Counted from the first letter of the stretch, positions 1 to 13,900 are shown. The stretch: 64,000 bases of DNA from Tubiluchus corallicola (GCA_030141605.1 JAQGDQ010000181.1:124001-188000); one strand, 5' to 3'. Numbers and translations: made by a program. The notes: generated from the sequence alone by a model not told the origin.

Positions 1-794
1 TGCCACAAATAGCAGTTAAAAGCTGCCTGTTACAAAACAGCAGTGATTAGGAATTCTTACGCTTCAATGAGTCACACTAAACTTCATCAAATACGAAGAG
101 CAAAATTACTTATTTATGCGTCCAATATTTTCAAATATGCTTACAAAGAAAAGATGACAACCAGCAAATAGCTATACAAGCCGAGTAAACTAATGGCTGC
201 GCATAATGTCAGATAATCCAGAATAATTTCTGATAAAAATCGAATAAGTTGATGCAGAGGCAGTCTTGTTATTTTTATGAAATGAAAATCATGATAAATG
301 AGAATTGGAAAGTAATGGAGAATACACCCGCGCTACGCTTGCCACATAAACTTAAATTATTTATTATACGCTGTAACAAGTTATAATGTTCTATTTGCAT
401 TATGAGAGCAATTTAATCAGAAAAAAGAGAAGCAAACACATGATCCCGATAAAAGATAATATAAACACACCCACTTCTGATAGTTTACAAAAAATTCTCT
501 AGGGGCGTTCTAGTCGCAGTATGTAGTTTAGAAATTAATCTTATTAATTCCACGTTCCAAGCTAAATCCAAAAAACAACGTCTACTACTAAAACAGCAAA
601 TGAATTCTTGTAAGTAAATAAATGAACAAAGTAACAAATAGATTAGCAAACTAGTAAATTAACTACAAAAATTAACAGAAAAAGTGAAAAAACGAACAAA
701 CAAACAATTCATACAAACAAATGAATGAACAGATAAGGGTTTCATAGATTGAATATAAACGGGTAATTGAATAAACGAACAAATACACGTATGA

Positions 795-830
795 GCGAAT
801 GAATGAGTGAATGAATGAATGAATGAATAA
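795..830. repeat. (GAAT)n microsatellite
   Basis: gaatgaatgaatgaatgaat. Confidence 0.85.
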
Positions 831-3800
831 AAACAAAGACAATGTCAAGGCAAAAACACCAATAAAACGTAAGTATTTCCAAAAAAGATAACCTACATAT
901 TGATAGACTCAATACTAGAGAAAAAGGGGAGAGAACAATTATGTATCATAAAACCCTTCTAACACTTAGCGTGATTTACTTAGTAAAACGCTCAATGAGG
1001 ATAATAATTACAATAAACCTGCTTGCATGATATGTTTCACGAAAAACAAAATTCAATTGTGTGAAGTAAGGAACAAAGCCTACATTATTCCGCATTAACT
1101 GTTACATAAACAATAAACAATAGACAGATCACCCACGAAGTCAGATACAATGTAAATATGAATTATACAAAATTAATAGATCTAAATTGGTAAAGCAAAT
1201 TGGAAACAAATTATTATCAATTTCGCCACATCATTCAGTTTAGATTGGAAATACGCTGAAGTTAATTAGACGAACTCAGGCTTTGTTCGAACAAGTCTTA
1301 CTGATTTAATACAAAACCAATTTTCTATAATTCGGCATAAGTAATTATTATCATACTCCATTTTAGATTCAGCTGAATTGCCTGTAATTCTCGAAGCGGG
1401 TGGATTAAAAGTAATTCTTGTCAAAAAAGAAATGCTACTACATTAAAGTCATGTAATATGTGTAGAATTTTAACGATATATGGATATGTGAATACCTAAA
1501 TCTATTTGTACAAATATAGAGGTATATAGGCTATACCCGTATATATAACATTCAGGTAAAAAAGTCACAGAAAAAAAGCACAGGTAAAAACTCAAAGAAA
1601 AAAGGCACAGGGAAAAAGAAATAACCCTGACCCCTATCCCTAATCCTAACCAAAATTAACTGACTTTTTCCCGTAATTTCAATTACCGGTCATCTACTTA
1701 TAAACCTTATTTATAAAAATTTGTGTAATAGAAATGTGTTTTTTTTACCGTTTCCTTTCGTGATTTTTGTCTCAAATGAAGTAAACTTTTTTACGGTTTA
1801 TATAAAAGTACACAAACTAAAGTCCCGGGCGTGATAAAATGTTCATATTTTTAAGCTTTTTTTATGCAGCTTATTATAAGGGAAACACTGACAGAAATCA
1901 TCATCAACAGATAATTAATTCTTTTCTCCAACTCACAACAGTAACGCCTTCATAGAAAGGACTCAGTGAAGAATAACTACAGTTTACAATAAGTTTTCCA
2001 ACACATCACAACAGCCTGCAACCGATATGTGGCAATTTCTATACATGGTTGATTTCAGGTTTATTGACACCCTATCCGATCAGGTTGAAGTAGTATCGAT
2101 ACAGATAAACATCTTTACTGGCAATCCGGCTGAGCACCGCCGCCCGATTCCCTCCGGGCTGACAGCATAATCCGGAATTGAGAATTTTTAATCAAACTGA
2201 ATTAGTCACGCTTATAGGGAATTAATCACCGTCTCGAACAATACCAGAACTGGCTGGGAATCGTACTTAACAGTTTTTTGATCATCAAAATGTAAACGGA
2301 GACGGGATTCCAATGTGTTAATGACATTTCAAAGAGTTACAAGTGCCTATTATTATTATAAAGTATCAAACTCGATGTTCGTGCTCTCTCGTGTGTTATA
2401 ACAGAGGCTACTTTCGAGACAATATATATGAATTTAAATATGCAGCGTCAAAGTGTAGGAAAAAATCCGTCTAAATAAGCGTTACTGGATGAGTCAGTAT
2501 CTCTATCCACTGCATAAAGCAATGAGCATAGAAAGAATAAGATTTTGATAAGTAGGCTGGCGGTATTAAATTAAATTAAAGTCAGATTAGGGATACGGTT
2601 TACCATAAACAAGAGTTTGACATCTAGTGAAGCAGTACACAATGTGGAATAATATTAATATTATAAAACACACATTAAATGAAATTATATTTGCTGTATT
2701 ACAGATATAGTTCCCATCTCTATCGATCGATAAATTTCATGTGTATTTAATGTAATATTGTTATTCATGTAGCAATGACCTAAAATACGGTCTAAAGTAC
2801 TGCCTAAAATGTTGGACTACAATAAACAGATTTAACCACATCAGGCTTCTGTGCAAAACTCAATACAATGGAAATTCGTTGTTGTGGTTACGTGTCCTGA
2901 AAAAACTTTTAAAAAGCTAAAGAAACTCATATCAAACACTAAACCGTCGAAATTATGAAACGACCTATCAAAACTAGCTATTCTCAAATAGTACGCGGTT
3001 TTCTACTCGAAATATGCACCATTTTGGAGCCAATTAATGTCTCATTAAGATCATCCGGACGTAAGTGTTTGACTTTATTGGAAATAAACTAAACATGTAT
3101 ATACATTTTCTTCACTGTTCTCTCTCGCTTATATTAATGCATTGCTCTAAAGTGCTTGATTATTTAAATTAATGTGCACTGATTTTGTGAAAACGATTTG
3201 CAGTTATATCAATTTTTATGCTTTTTTATCCACCCAAAAAATACTAATTGCATTGTATAAAAATAAAAAACTGCTACATGAATGGGCGCAAAACTGCACA
3301 CTTAAAAAAAACAATCGCTCGACGCATTTGTTCCCTTTGATTTAAGAATTCCTAAATCCGAAATGTAGAACCATTGCTGTTAAAAGAAATCCTTCTTGCA
3401 ATCAAGAAATCAACGTCTCAGATTTTTAGCTCTGTTACTATTCGTCGTCTCGCTTGAGTAGGACTGGGGAATTTACGAAGCACTGTCACGTGATCGTCAC
3501 GTGTCACTAAACCACGCTGTGGCTGGCTTCTTCAAACCGACCCGAAAAAGAGGCACTAAAAACGAATTGTGTGACCGAGTCCAGAAAGGAATGATGGGCC
3601 GCGATAAGTTGCGAAAGTATAGGTCAATTTAACAAACTTATAAACTTACAAATTCCGAGATTATAGGCGACACATCATCAATATCAATATCACCACGATA
3701 AAACCTGCGCATTTATCTCGCTACCAGAAAAATACGCGCCATGCGTCCATTAGAGGTTTTGTCAATTTCGGATAATGCAAGTGTAAAACGTGTTGTTTTA

Positions 3801-4423
3801 TCAGCCATAAAGTCAGCAGCATTTTAAATGCGCTCAAATAATGATATTTATGACATCGCCTATTACTAAAAATATGTAAACTATCGTAAATTGTGGAAAT
3901 AAAAGGGAGTAAATGCTATTAGCCGTGCCCAACACGCCGTGACTAATAGTATTCTGTGTTACAAATGTCTTTATAAACTATTTCATTCGCTCTCTGTGAT
4001 TATGCCGACCAACAGTCATAATTCCGACACAAATCGTTATTTCTGCTCGCCTTTGATGTTATATCATTTTATCTAGTAGAGATATTCCGCCGAGCGCACT
4101 GCCAGTGAAAAAAAAGTTTCCAGATTCGGTGGACACCACCAGGGCGGCGACACGAAAGCAAAACTTAAGCATCACAATATAAATTTATAAATAACAAGCT
4201 TATGACAAAAATGCAAAACTGTCACCGAAACAAGGCAAAACACTTTATGTACAGTCCAGAAGCTTAAAGAACAAATGTTCATATCTAATTATTTAATCAT
4301 AGTATCCAAGGACGCCGTTCACATTAATCCAACTGACAATGATGGCAAAAGATAACCAAATAAAACATCTATAAAATTTAATATTGAAGCATTACAAAAT
4401 TCCTCTCATTCTGAGATGCCACA

Positions 4424-4700
4424 AATGATGATACTGATGATGGCAATAATGAAGGATGATGCCAGTGGTAATCATGGTGATGAACAATTATATTATGATG
4501 ACAATGGGATGATGATGGTGGTGATGGTAATGACAACGATGATGATGATGATGATGACAATGACGATAATGATGATGATGACGACGACGACAATGATGAT
4601 GATTATCACACCAACATGATGAAAGCAATGACGTATTCAGATAATGATAAATGTGATGAATGATTGCTCGTGACGGTGATGGCAATGACGATGGCAAACT
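4424..4700. repeat. Degenerate (ATG/GAT)n trinucleotide microsatellite
   Basis: gatgatgatgatgatgac runs; explains the poly-M, poly-H and poly-S spurious ORFs. Confidence 0.9.
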
Positions 4701-4825
4701 CCACCAGTGATAATTTTTCACGACAAAAAAAAACACTGACGTAACAACAACAATGGTATGGCAGTCCTGCCACTGGTGAATAAATGATGAATTTCGTGGA
4801 AGCAAAGAAATAAAAACTGACTTAC

Positions 4826-4952
4826 CAGGCGTGTCGATGAGTTTTTTGTAGACAGAAAGAAAGGCAGCTTCAGCTGATTTGCTTCTCTTCGACAGTGCGT
4901 CAATCTCCCCCTGAAAACTTTTCAACAGTGGCGCCACCACCTTCCGAATATC
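4826..4952 (-). CDS. CUX1: CUX1/CASP coding exon 3 (127 nt)
   Basis: tttatag|[24 protein letters not shown]...LIDTP-G|gtaagt, phase 0-1. Confidence 0.95.
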
Positions 4953-7900
4953 CTATAAATAAATTTCTTATAACAATGACTGCTGAAAATATGTATCATA
5001 TCCACTATGCCTCTACGTTTCTCCGACCAATAGAATAACTCAATCTATTGCGTGATCACCATTCAAGAGGTTGTGGGTTCGATTCAAATGATGTCTTATC
5101 AAATGCCATAATTTTTAATAAAATCTAATAAAAAGGGTGCCAGCTAATAAGGCATATCTTTTGCCAGTCATCTATCAGAAAACTATTGCTGCAATATGAT
5201 TGCAGATTGCACAGTACAGTAAGCAATGTAAAGGGCACGACCTCAGTACTTTGGACTCGATAGCTCAAATGATTAGAGCTTGTGGTGGTCTGAAACCACA
5301 AGGTTCTGAGTTCGAATCTTGAAGGTTCCTTCGCATCATTTTTCTCCTAAATTTGGCTGTTAATTCGAAAGGCTTCCCTTCATAATTTAACTGAACGACT
5401 ACTTAGAAATCCCGCAACTATATGGGCACAAATTTAGTACTTGGCACTTCAGAATACACACTTCAACACACAAAAAAAACTTAAAAAACAGGACCATAAC
5501 GTCACAATTTTTTTAGGCCGTTAATTTAGCAAAATCAATCTATATGGTCTAGCTACCTGTTATTTTACATTAAAGCATTGCGCCACTGCAATATTGTCCA
5601 AGCGTTTGATCAAATCCATTCAATGGCAAGCATTTATAACAGAGCGTACCATTTGATCATTAAGCTAGTCGGCAAAGAATCACGCATCATTTCAAAACAA
5701 CTTTTATACACGTGAATTAACAAACAGCTTTTAACTCCACCGCCCAGCCCACCTGTGTAACAAACCGTTTACCTGTTTAACCCCATTACACAACAGGTAA
5801 ACGTCTAAACACGCAGGTAAATCAATTTGAGACCATTGCTCTATTCTGCCGTGCCATCTCTCTCCAAACAAACAATCTATTCAATAGGTAATTCGTTTTT
5901 AACATCACGCAGAAATGAGCAAAAACGCAATGAAGTTGTTAATGGAGGGAGGAAGGTAATATTACGAGGGTTCGTGGTTCCTGTTTACATTTTTTCCGAT
6001 ACAGCAATGAAAAAAGTTATCCATAATGCATGCAAACAAGAGAACATGTGGTTCCTAACTTTTCAAAGGCCAGAAGGCAATAGATAAGTAAGTTTAACGC
6101 CTGGAACTCCACCTCAACAGTTTAAGATAACCCCACTCTGGGGTGAAATAAAAAAATGATGCGACGGTTTCTGAATTAGTCAATTCGTGTCTGTTGCCAC
6201 ATTAAAATCAACTAAACTCAATACCGCGTGACATCAGCGTTTTCTTTCAAGTAAGAGAACACAATAGGCACAGCCATTAAACCGGCTCTACCCAAAAAGG
6301 ATTGGTAATAAAGTAAACTAAATATCATAGCCAACAAAAGTACACACAGAGCGAGCTAAACCAACCTTGTGAAACAAAATTCATCAAAGGAAAAATGATC
6401 ACGCATTTTTATGACTGCTTGCTGAACAAATTTTTTTGCAGCTCCAGTGGGTTTTATTGTTATAGGAATAGAATAAAAATGTGCGAATTTATCGGGATAT
6501 TGTAAAATACTAACAGAAAAAAAACAAAGAAGTAATATTTAGTGTTACAATAAGGATAAAGGATGTTGTAGTGCAATAGGCCAGTAAACTTAATGACTTA
6601 TAGGATCAGTTTTAAAAAAAACAGCAAGTTTCTGTGTCCATTAACACCAGTGTTACCATAATACGGTAACACACTTCTTTAATGATTAGATCATCATTTT
6701 TGTGATCACCATTGATGAATCTCAAACAATAACCGCCAATAAAATCCATCCTCATTTTTCAAAGGCAACAAGAATGCAGTAATTTTCTTTCAAACATAAG
6801 TGTGTGTGTACACAACATACTCATAAGAAAAAGACGGCAAAAAATGCTACAATAATCACACTATCAAGAACAACTATACAACAAAACATCACCAAAGTTC
6901 TACTCGCTTTTATCTTTTTTAATCAAATTGCTTTAGCAGTGCTTATAATATTTGCTACATCCAGAACAGAACTGGCACAGTTGTTGCATATTTTATAGGC
7001 TACTTTGTGTGATTCGGATCTAGAATTTGGGGGCTACTTGCCCCTCGAGGAAACACTTCATTTAATGGTAACAAGGACTAACAAATCAAGATCCCATCCC
7101 CAATCCTTTTGCTACCTCTAAAGTAACCTTAAAACAAAACACTACTGCTATTCTTAATTTGTTACAAAGCAAGCAAGGACAACAAAAATGGATCTTACAC
7201 ATGAAATCATTAATTTATTTTAACAATTCTCCTCGATGTACATGCGTATTAACCAGTATCACGAAAAGTTCCAGTAAAATCCCTTTCAGTCTCACCATAC
7301 ATATTTGGGATCTAGGTTGTTGGGGATCAGTCAGTGAATTGCTTCTAGAAGAGAACGTGGGGAAATAACTTTGAATTCCATTAAACTTCACAAATTCCAC
7401 TGAATTTCACGCACAACATTCAGATGATTTACACTAGTAATTAATAATTGAAAGTGCACGGGCAAGACCAGCAAATGCTTACGAAATTTTTAAATAAAAC
7501 GTAAAAATATTCATTAAAAATTTCATTACTTACTTCCGGTGTATTCTTCTTGAATTCTCGGCTCAATTCAACCAGCCTACGTCGGGATTTGTCGCTCTCA
7601 TCCTGACGATTAGCAATATCTGTAGCCGATGTGTCCAGTTCTCTCTAGCAAACAAAATATGAATTAGGAAAATGTTACGCTAACCCAAGTAATAAGAACA
7701 CCCCCTTGCTACATGTACAATTCGTACTGGTAATTAAAATTAATACAATATTAATCTCCTGTAGTGTCATCATTATTCATTAGGCTGATTTTCATCACTT
7801 AAAGTTCAAAAGCAAAACTATTAAAGTCTGCAAAATTGATAACACTCATATACAGTTTAAATCTTATAATAGTATATTTACATATTACCATATCATTACA

Positions 7901-10900
7901 CTTTTCATTACACAATAAATTAATTCAGAATGCGACTTTTTTCTGCTCTATTGCCTACATATTTTTGTAATTTACAAACCATTTACAGTTGTCATGGAAT
8001 CCGTTTTTCATAAAAATTCAGAATACAGAGTAACTCTATTGTGATGTCACAATATTAAAAACTGACAAAAACTCATTACATGAAAAACAACAAGAACCAA
8101 AACCGCAAATAACTGTCACTGACTAACTAACTGACTGAATTACAGCATCATACTGAGTGACTGACTAATTAACCTTCATCCAAAGTCCATTCCCTTGTTT
8201 GACTGGTTATATAAGTGGGTTAAAGGAAAGTAGGACGTTTTTTTCATATCCTACCCCATTTTGAAGTACGATAAAATGAATACATTTTAATACCCATAAT
8301 TTGTTAAAATTTATTAATTGGATAATTAAATTACAGGTAAAAACTTAATTAACGACAGGCGAGCACAGCTAGTGTGACATCACAACTGAACATATTTTCA
8401 ACAGCACAAACATTCTATGAACACGTGTCTGCGAAAACGGTTTTTGTATTTTACTGTACAACATTCAGTATGATATACAAGAACGCGGCAAATTTTAAAT
8501 TTTAAATTCAAATTTCAAGTTTATTGCTGTTTACTGAGATATATATTTTAATGAGCTTGTGTTAGCGTCACACCTATACAGGCTAGGAAATAATATGATT
8601 CCAAAAACACAAGTGTGGGTTAAATGAATATCGTACTATACACAAATATGAAAGAGTGAAATAGAAGAGAAGTTTTGACATGCATGTACGTTGAAACTTT
8701 CTACAGAGCCTATTTTCTATGTCCAAAATTTCAAAAAATGTGAACCTTAATATTCTTAATCTGCAGTTAAATGAGAGTTTTATTATCACCATGCGCCGAT
8801 ACACAGTTAAAAAAGATATCAGGGTAAAACCGTTATAATCCCACAGCCAATTCATTCTTATGTTAAATAATGCAGCCAAAAAGTGCCAAACAACCCAGTA
8901 AGTGTAGCAAGATAGTAAACCACCATTTTACGTCTAAAACTAAAAGTTTATTTCGCACTCGAAGCGAGTAGAGTATCGCAAGCTCATAACAGCTCAGAAA
9001 CTGCTAAAATTGCAATGCGTTTAACCCGTTACCACTCAGGCCGGCTGAGTACACATAACATACGCTGAACATTGTCAATCGAACGTCAAGCAGTGTGCAA
9101 ATATTGGCCTCGGCGATAAAACCGCCGGCAATAGTTATTTTACACATGAACTTGTAGCGAGATAGCCACTTAGCTCGAGTGCCCTTTCTTAAATTCGACC
9201 GTACGACGCTTTTCTGAATCGAACAAAAAACTCATTCCCGACAATAAAGCGTCCGTAGAAATACGACAATTCTCGATACGTTTTTATTTATTGAAACAGC
9301 GCTGAAAGGAAGGTGTTACCATTAAAGTACGCCACAGCGATAACTTAATTACTGATATAAATTACTTATCAACCATCACACAGGACAACTAGCTACATTT
9401 ATAATTTATAGCATTGCTTTTTCCTGACCAAATGGAAAAGGTAGCTAAACTGTTCCTGTAAACGTAAGAAAAACTGACCAAGAGAATAAAGGAAACCATT
9501 GACCTAGCTCTGTCTAATTTAAAGAAACCAAGTTACTATTGTACAATAGTTCATTCATAATTGAGGGTATCAAGATTTCACTTGACCGACACAATACTGT
9601 GGATACCAGAGGAAGCAACTTTTACGGAGCTTCCCCTTTAATTTTCACTATGTCGCCCGCATATTACGCCACAGCGGCAAAAGTTGGGAATCACTAGGCT
9701 AACGAGACGGAAGAACACAAAATCATTGACTAATTCAGCGTTTGCCAAAAAACAGTGCAACCAAAAAACTAAGTTTCATCTCAGAAACTCAGACTGTAAT
9801 GATTACAACGACAACGGCAGAGTTGGCCACGAAAACAAGGACGAGCAAATGTTGCTAATGGTAGGTAATGATGTCACTTAACGATGCTGACGGTGAAACT
9901 AACGATGACAACGATGATAAATAGTAAAGGTTTATAAAATCTAATTTTAAACGTCTGATTAAAATTCAAAGCCCTAATTTGAATTTGAACTTAAGGGGAG
10001 GGCAGATGTTACGATGCTTCACAAAACTCACTCCATTCCTAACTCCGCCTCCCTAATGAAAACGTGTGTAACAAAGAACAAGAAAGCAACAGCAGCAGCC
10101 GTTCAAAAATATCTCAGCGGCTGCAGTAACGCACAATCAATGAGTCGATACAATCCCCTAGTGGTTAATCTATTACTGATCATCGGTTGCTATAGAAACC
10201 AATTTACCGACGGATCGATGCGGACTCGAGCCGTTATTGAAAATCGTGAAGAATAATGATCCGAATAGGGATGGGATAATAGTGACAATCGATGCGGTCG
10301 TCATGGAAACCGATGCAGAAGATGATGATCGAGGGGACAGACAATAGATGATAAATCAATAAACAGGGGATAATACACATATTACGACAAGCTCATTTGC
10401 GACATACCTGACAGCAGTGAGCGCACCTGTGTGAGTGCTCTACTGTAAGCTTTCCCTGCCAGAGGCTGATGAAAGACATTGAGGCAACATTAATACACTT
10501 AAATAGGCTCATTCGATCTAACTGCGTTATCTGCAAAAGGGAAGTCAAGTCGCTACCTGGCAAAAACAACTTTTAAGCAATATTAGAATAATGTTACGAA
10601 ATCAGAATGATGGAATTTTAATCGGCAGTCAGAAACTAACAAACCACAAGAGTCAACATTACCAACCCTTTTAACAGTTTCTTGATAACTTCCTGGTCTA
10701 CAAAGTGAACGATTCTCTAATAAGTCTGAAAACAGTAAGCTTATCAACAACTGATTTATAATTTTAAAATACATGTATCAATTTGTGTCCAACAACTGCA
10801 ATTAAACAAAAATGTTTACCTGAGTACTAATCAAGTAGATGATTAAATACACACAAGCGCACGCGATTTAACCAAAACGCACAACTGGAGTCGGATGTTT

Positions 10901-13900
10901 GCCTAACATCTATCTTTCTAGGAGGTTCTGCAGCACATCGTGAAAATTTGAATCTGAATGTAGATACTGCAGCATTCCTTTAGGAAAATGAACATGTGAA
11001 ACAGGCTAATTTTACAGAAAGCTTTGTCCTCATCAAAAAAAGTATGACTATGAAGGTGAAAAGTCAAAAGTCAAGGCCACACTGTAACAGACAATTTTAC
11101 ATTCAAATTCCAACAAGTGATCCAACAAAACTAATATGGAAGTTATTAACTTTGCCCACATGCTACTGATGGACTAGAACTGTTGTTCTAAAACCAGAAA
11201 AATCAAACTCAAGGTGAAGGTCAAAGAGTAACAGGAAATTTGGTGGGTTTCATAACCAAACCATTTTTTTTAAATTTTTATTATAAAAATTCAATGCTTC
11301 TATACCACTCTAACAGTCATCATCTGGAAACATTCAATTTTTCTAATAATAATTAAATAAGTTGCTATTTAGTGGGTTGTTATGAGACAGAGCTATTTTT
11401 TTTTTTAATGGCCATTGTCGACTGCCTTTGACATACTAGAATGATGTTCCAAAACTGGAAAAGTCAAAGGTCGAGGTCACAACAAACGTTAACAATGCAT
11501 GGATAATGGATTTTCCAAAAAAAATCGTTAGCAGCAATCAAGTTATCATCAAATACAGCAGAGTTTTTACAAATCACAACAAGCATCACAATTAAGTTTC
11601 TCAGGGGCAACAGAGTAAAAATTAATGGCTAAATAACTGGTCAAGAAAATATGTGCAAAAAAATGCTCAAGACAAAATTGAAACAAAAACTGATTTGCAC
11701 CTAACTGAAATTTAATTGGCTACAAAGAAATCTTTAAAATCAGAAATCAATTCAGGTATTTAATCGAAAAGATGAAAATGTTAAATATGCCAATGTCAAT
11801 GCCACACCTTAAGCTGCTTTTTACTTTTCCTTGTTTTTTGATTGTGTTTTTTTTACTTTTTGTCACTATACTTATCATTAAAGATTACTAAGCCTGTGTT
11901 AACTGCGCCAATGTTCAATAAAACCTGCAGACAGCACGATTATGAAGATATTTTTAGAAACCAAAAACATACTTCTTTGATGAACCTGTGATATTTTCAC
12001 AGAAGTTGGACTTGAACACAAACATCTAGCTTTTTTAAATTTTATCCTGTCATTGGTGAAAAGTTAAACTTTTGTAGAAGGTAACAAGCTCATTGGAGAG
12101 CACATGCATGTTAATCTTTTGCTGAAAAAGCTGTTGTTGAGAATGAAGTTACTGTTAATAGAATGACTACAAAGTTAAAACAGAATATGAGATGTTGTCA
12201 CAGTTCACGTTTCATGAAGTTGGTTATTAACAATTAGATTAGAGTTTAGCTATAATAAGTTAGGCATAGTTAGGAAATTATTAATCAGGTTTATAATTAT
12301 AATAATAAACTAGGTAAGGGGATATGTACAAGCATATACTGAATATATAGTTAAAGCACCTTTTGAAACAAAAAAGTTGGAACAGCTTTTTACCAAAAAA
12401 TATCCTTCTGCAGATCCAATTGTGCTAGATGGAGCTAATGTTTTATCTAGTGTACATCTGATTTAGCAACCCCAGGTTTAGCTCTAAAATTTGTTTTCAA
12501 TGATAAGCACAAAAACAGTTATGTATCAGTGTTATCTGACTATAAAAAAGACTGAAAATGTTTCTAATCAAATTTTACCAGCACTTGTACTGGAGCACAA
12601 TCCTGTATTCATAATTAACCTTCGTGATAAAAGTAGTAAAAGTTGGTCGGTGTTGCTATTAAAACTTTCCCAGAAAAAACTCAAAAACAACAATTCCGTT
12701 ATTACTAAAGTTAGTAAAGCACACAAAGAAAACAGACTTATTGTCTTGACAAAGGATAATCCAAGAATTATTGATTCAGAAAAGTTTTCGAAATTTATTC
12801 GTAGTACCTCGAAAGGTAGGCCTTCTCATAAGAAGATCTTTGAACAGAAATCTTCAGGAAGAGGCATAAAAGTGCCACTGCTCAGAAAATTTCGTGAAGA
12901 AGCAAGAAGTTTGGACATCTCCTAGCCTGGTTAAATTCACTAGTTACCAAGTGGAAAAATATGTAGTTACAAAACACACAAAAACAATTTTTGCAAACAA
13001 GGTGATTTAAGTGCATAAAGTTTTAAGTACTTCTCAGTTGGTTTAATCCTCCTGCAGGATAAACAGTAGATCATATGGCAGCTGAATGCAGATTTTAATA
13101 AAAAAGCTTACTTTTAAGGGCTTCAGAAATGTTGAACGTACAACTTAGTTAACTGTTTCCTGGGCCTTATTCAATGGAAATGAATCTGCCACAAAATAAT
13201 GTTTGGCAAATGTAAGAAAAGGAAAAAGAGACCACAAATCATAAAAATTTAGCTAAGTGATACACAAGTACAGGAACTCAAAAATAAAAATTTGTAATTT
13301 CGTAAATCTACTTTCAACAAATTCAAAGCGTGCTAAATTATACATAATCAACTAATGCTAGCAACCTCACTGCAGTTTCACTTAACTTTCATTGATGCAA
13401 CTAGATGCAACATAACTATCTGCCACTTGCCCCCTTCCAATTTCTTTTAGTAGTTAGACTCCATTTACAAAACTGCAGGTTTCACTTACACTGCAATCGT
13501 AAGAAAGTAACTTTACAATTTTGAAATCATTATATATATTATGATGTAGCACATGAAATAATAAACCAGAACTCCTTGAATCATTTAAAAGCAATGTCTA
13601 GTTTTATTACTGTATCTATAGCTACAAAGTTGAACAAATCAACAAAAGTCATGTAGCTAAATAACTACCCCTATAACGTAAGTCAAATTTGTAATGAAAA
13701 AGAAACCGGTAATTAATGAGCAAAGAAAACATATTACAAGTTTACATATTACTCTGTCACTCATAAAAAATACATTTTTACTGTTCCAGTACTAATGATT
13801 AGTAATTAATATTAATTATAAGTCCTATTTATTCAAGAATGTAAAATTCCACAATAAGAAATGTGGCCAAGTAGATGTAGCTTAAGTAATTACAGTTAAA

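Noticed and set aside
4378-4619. Poly-Ser, poly-Met and poly-His ORFs
   Set aside because: Translations of the (ATG)n microsatellite in CUX1 intron 3; the CUX1 exon ends at the GTAAGT donor at 4825
5253-5329. Functional tRNA gene
   Set aside because: 10-nt anticodon loop and poorly paired acceptor and T stems; better explained as a SINE head or pseudogene
11050-11480. AGGTCA direct repeats as nuclear-receptor response elements
   Set aside because: They occur in duplicated segments (ctagaa..tgttc.aaaac..gaaaa.tcaaa) typical of a common invertebrate repeat family; a similar motif occurs at about 45860
12491-12925. 144-aa Lys-rich ORF antisense to the CUX1 intron
   Set aside because: No recognisable domain or splice partners; the AT-rich composition is consistent with a decayed repeat
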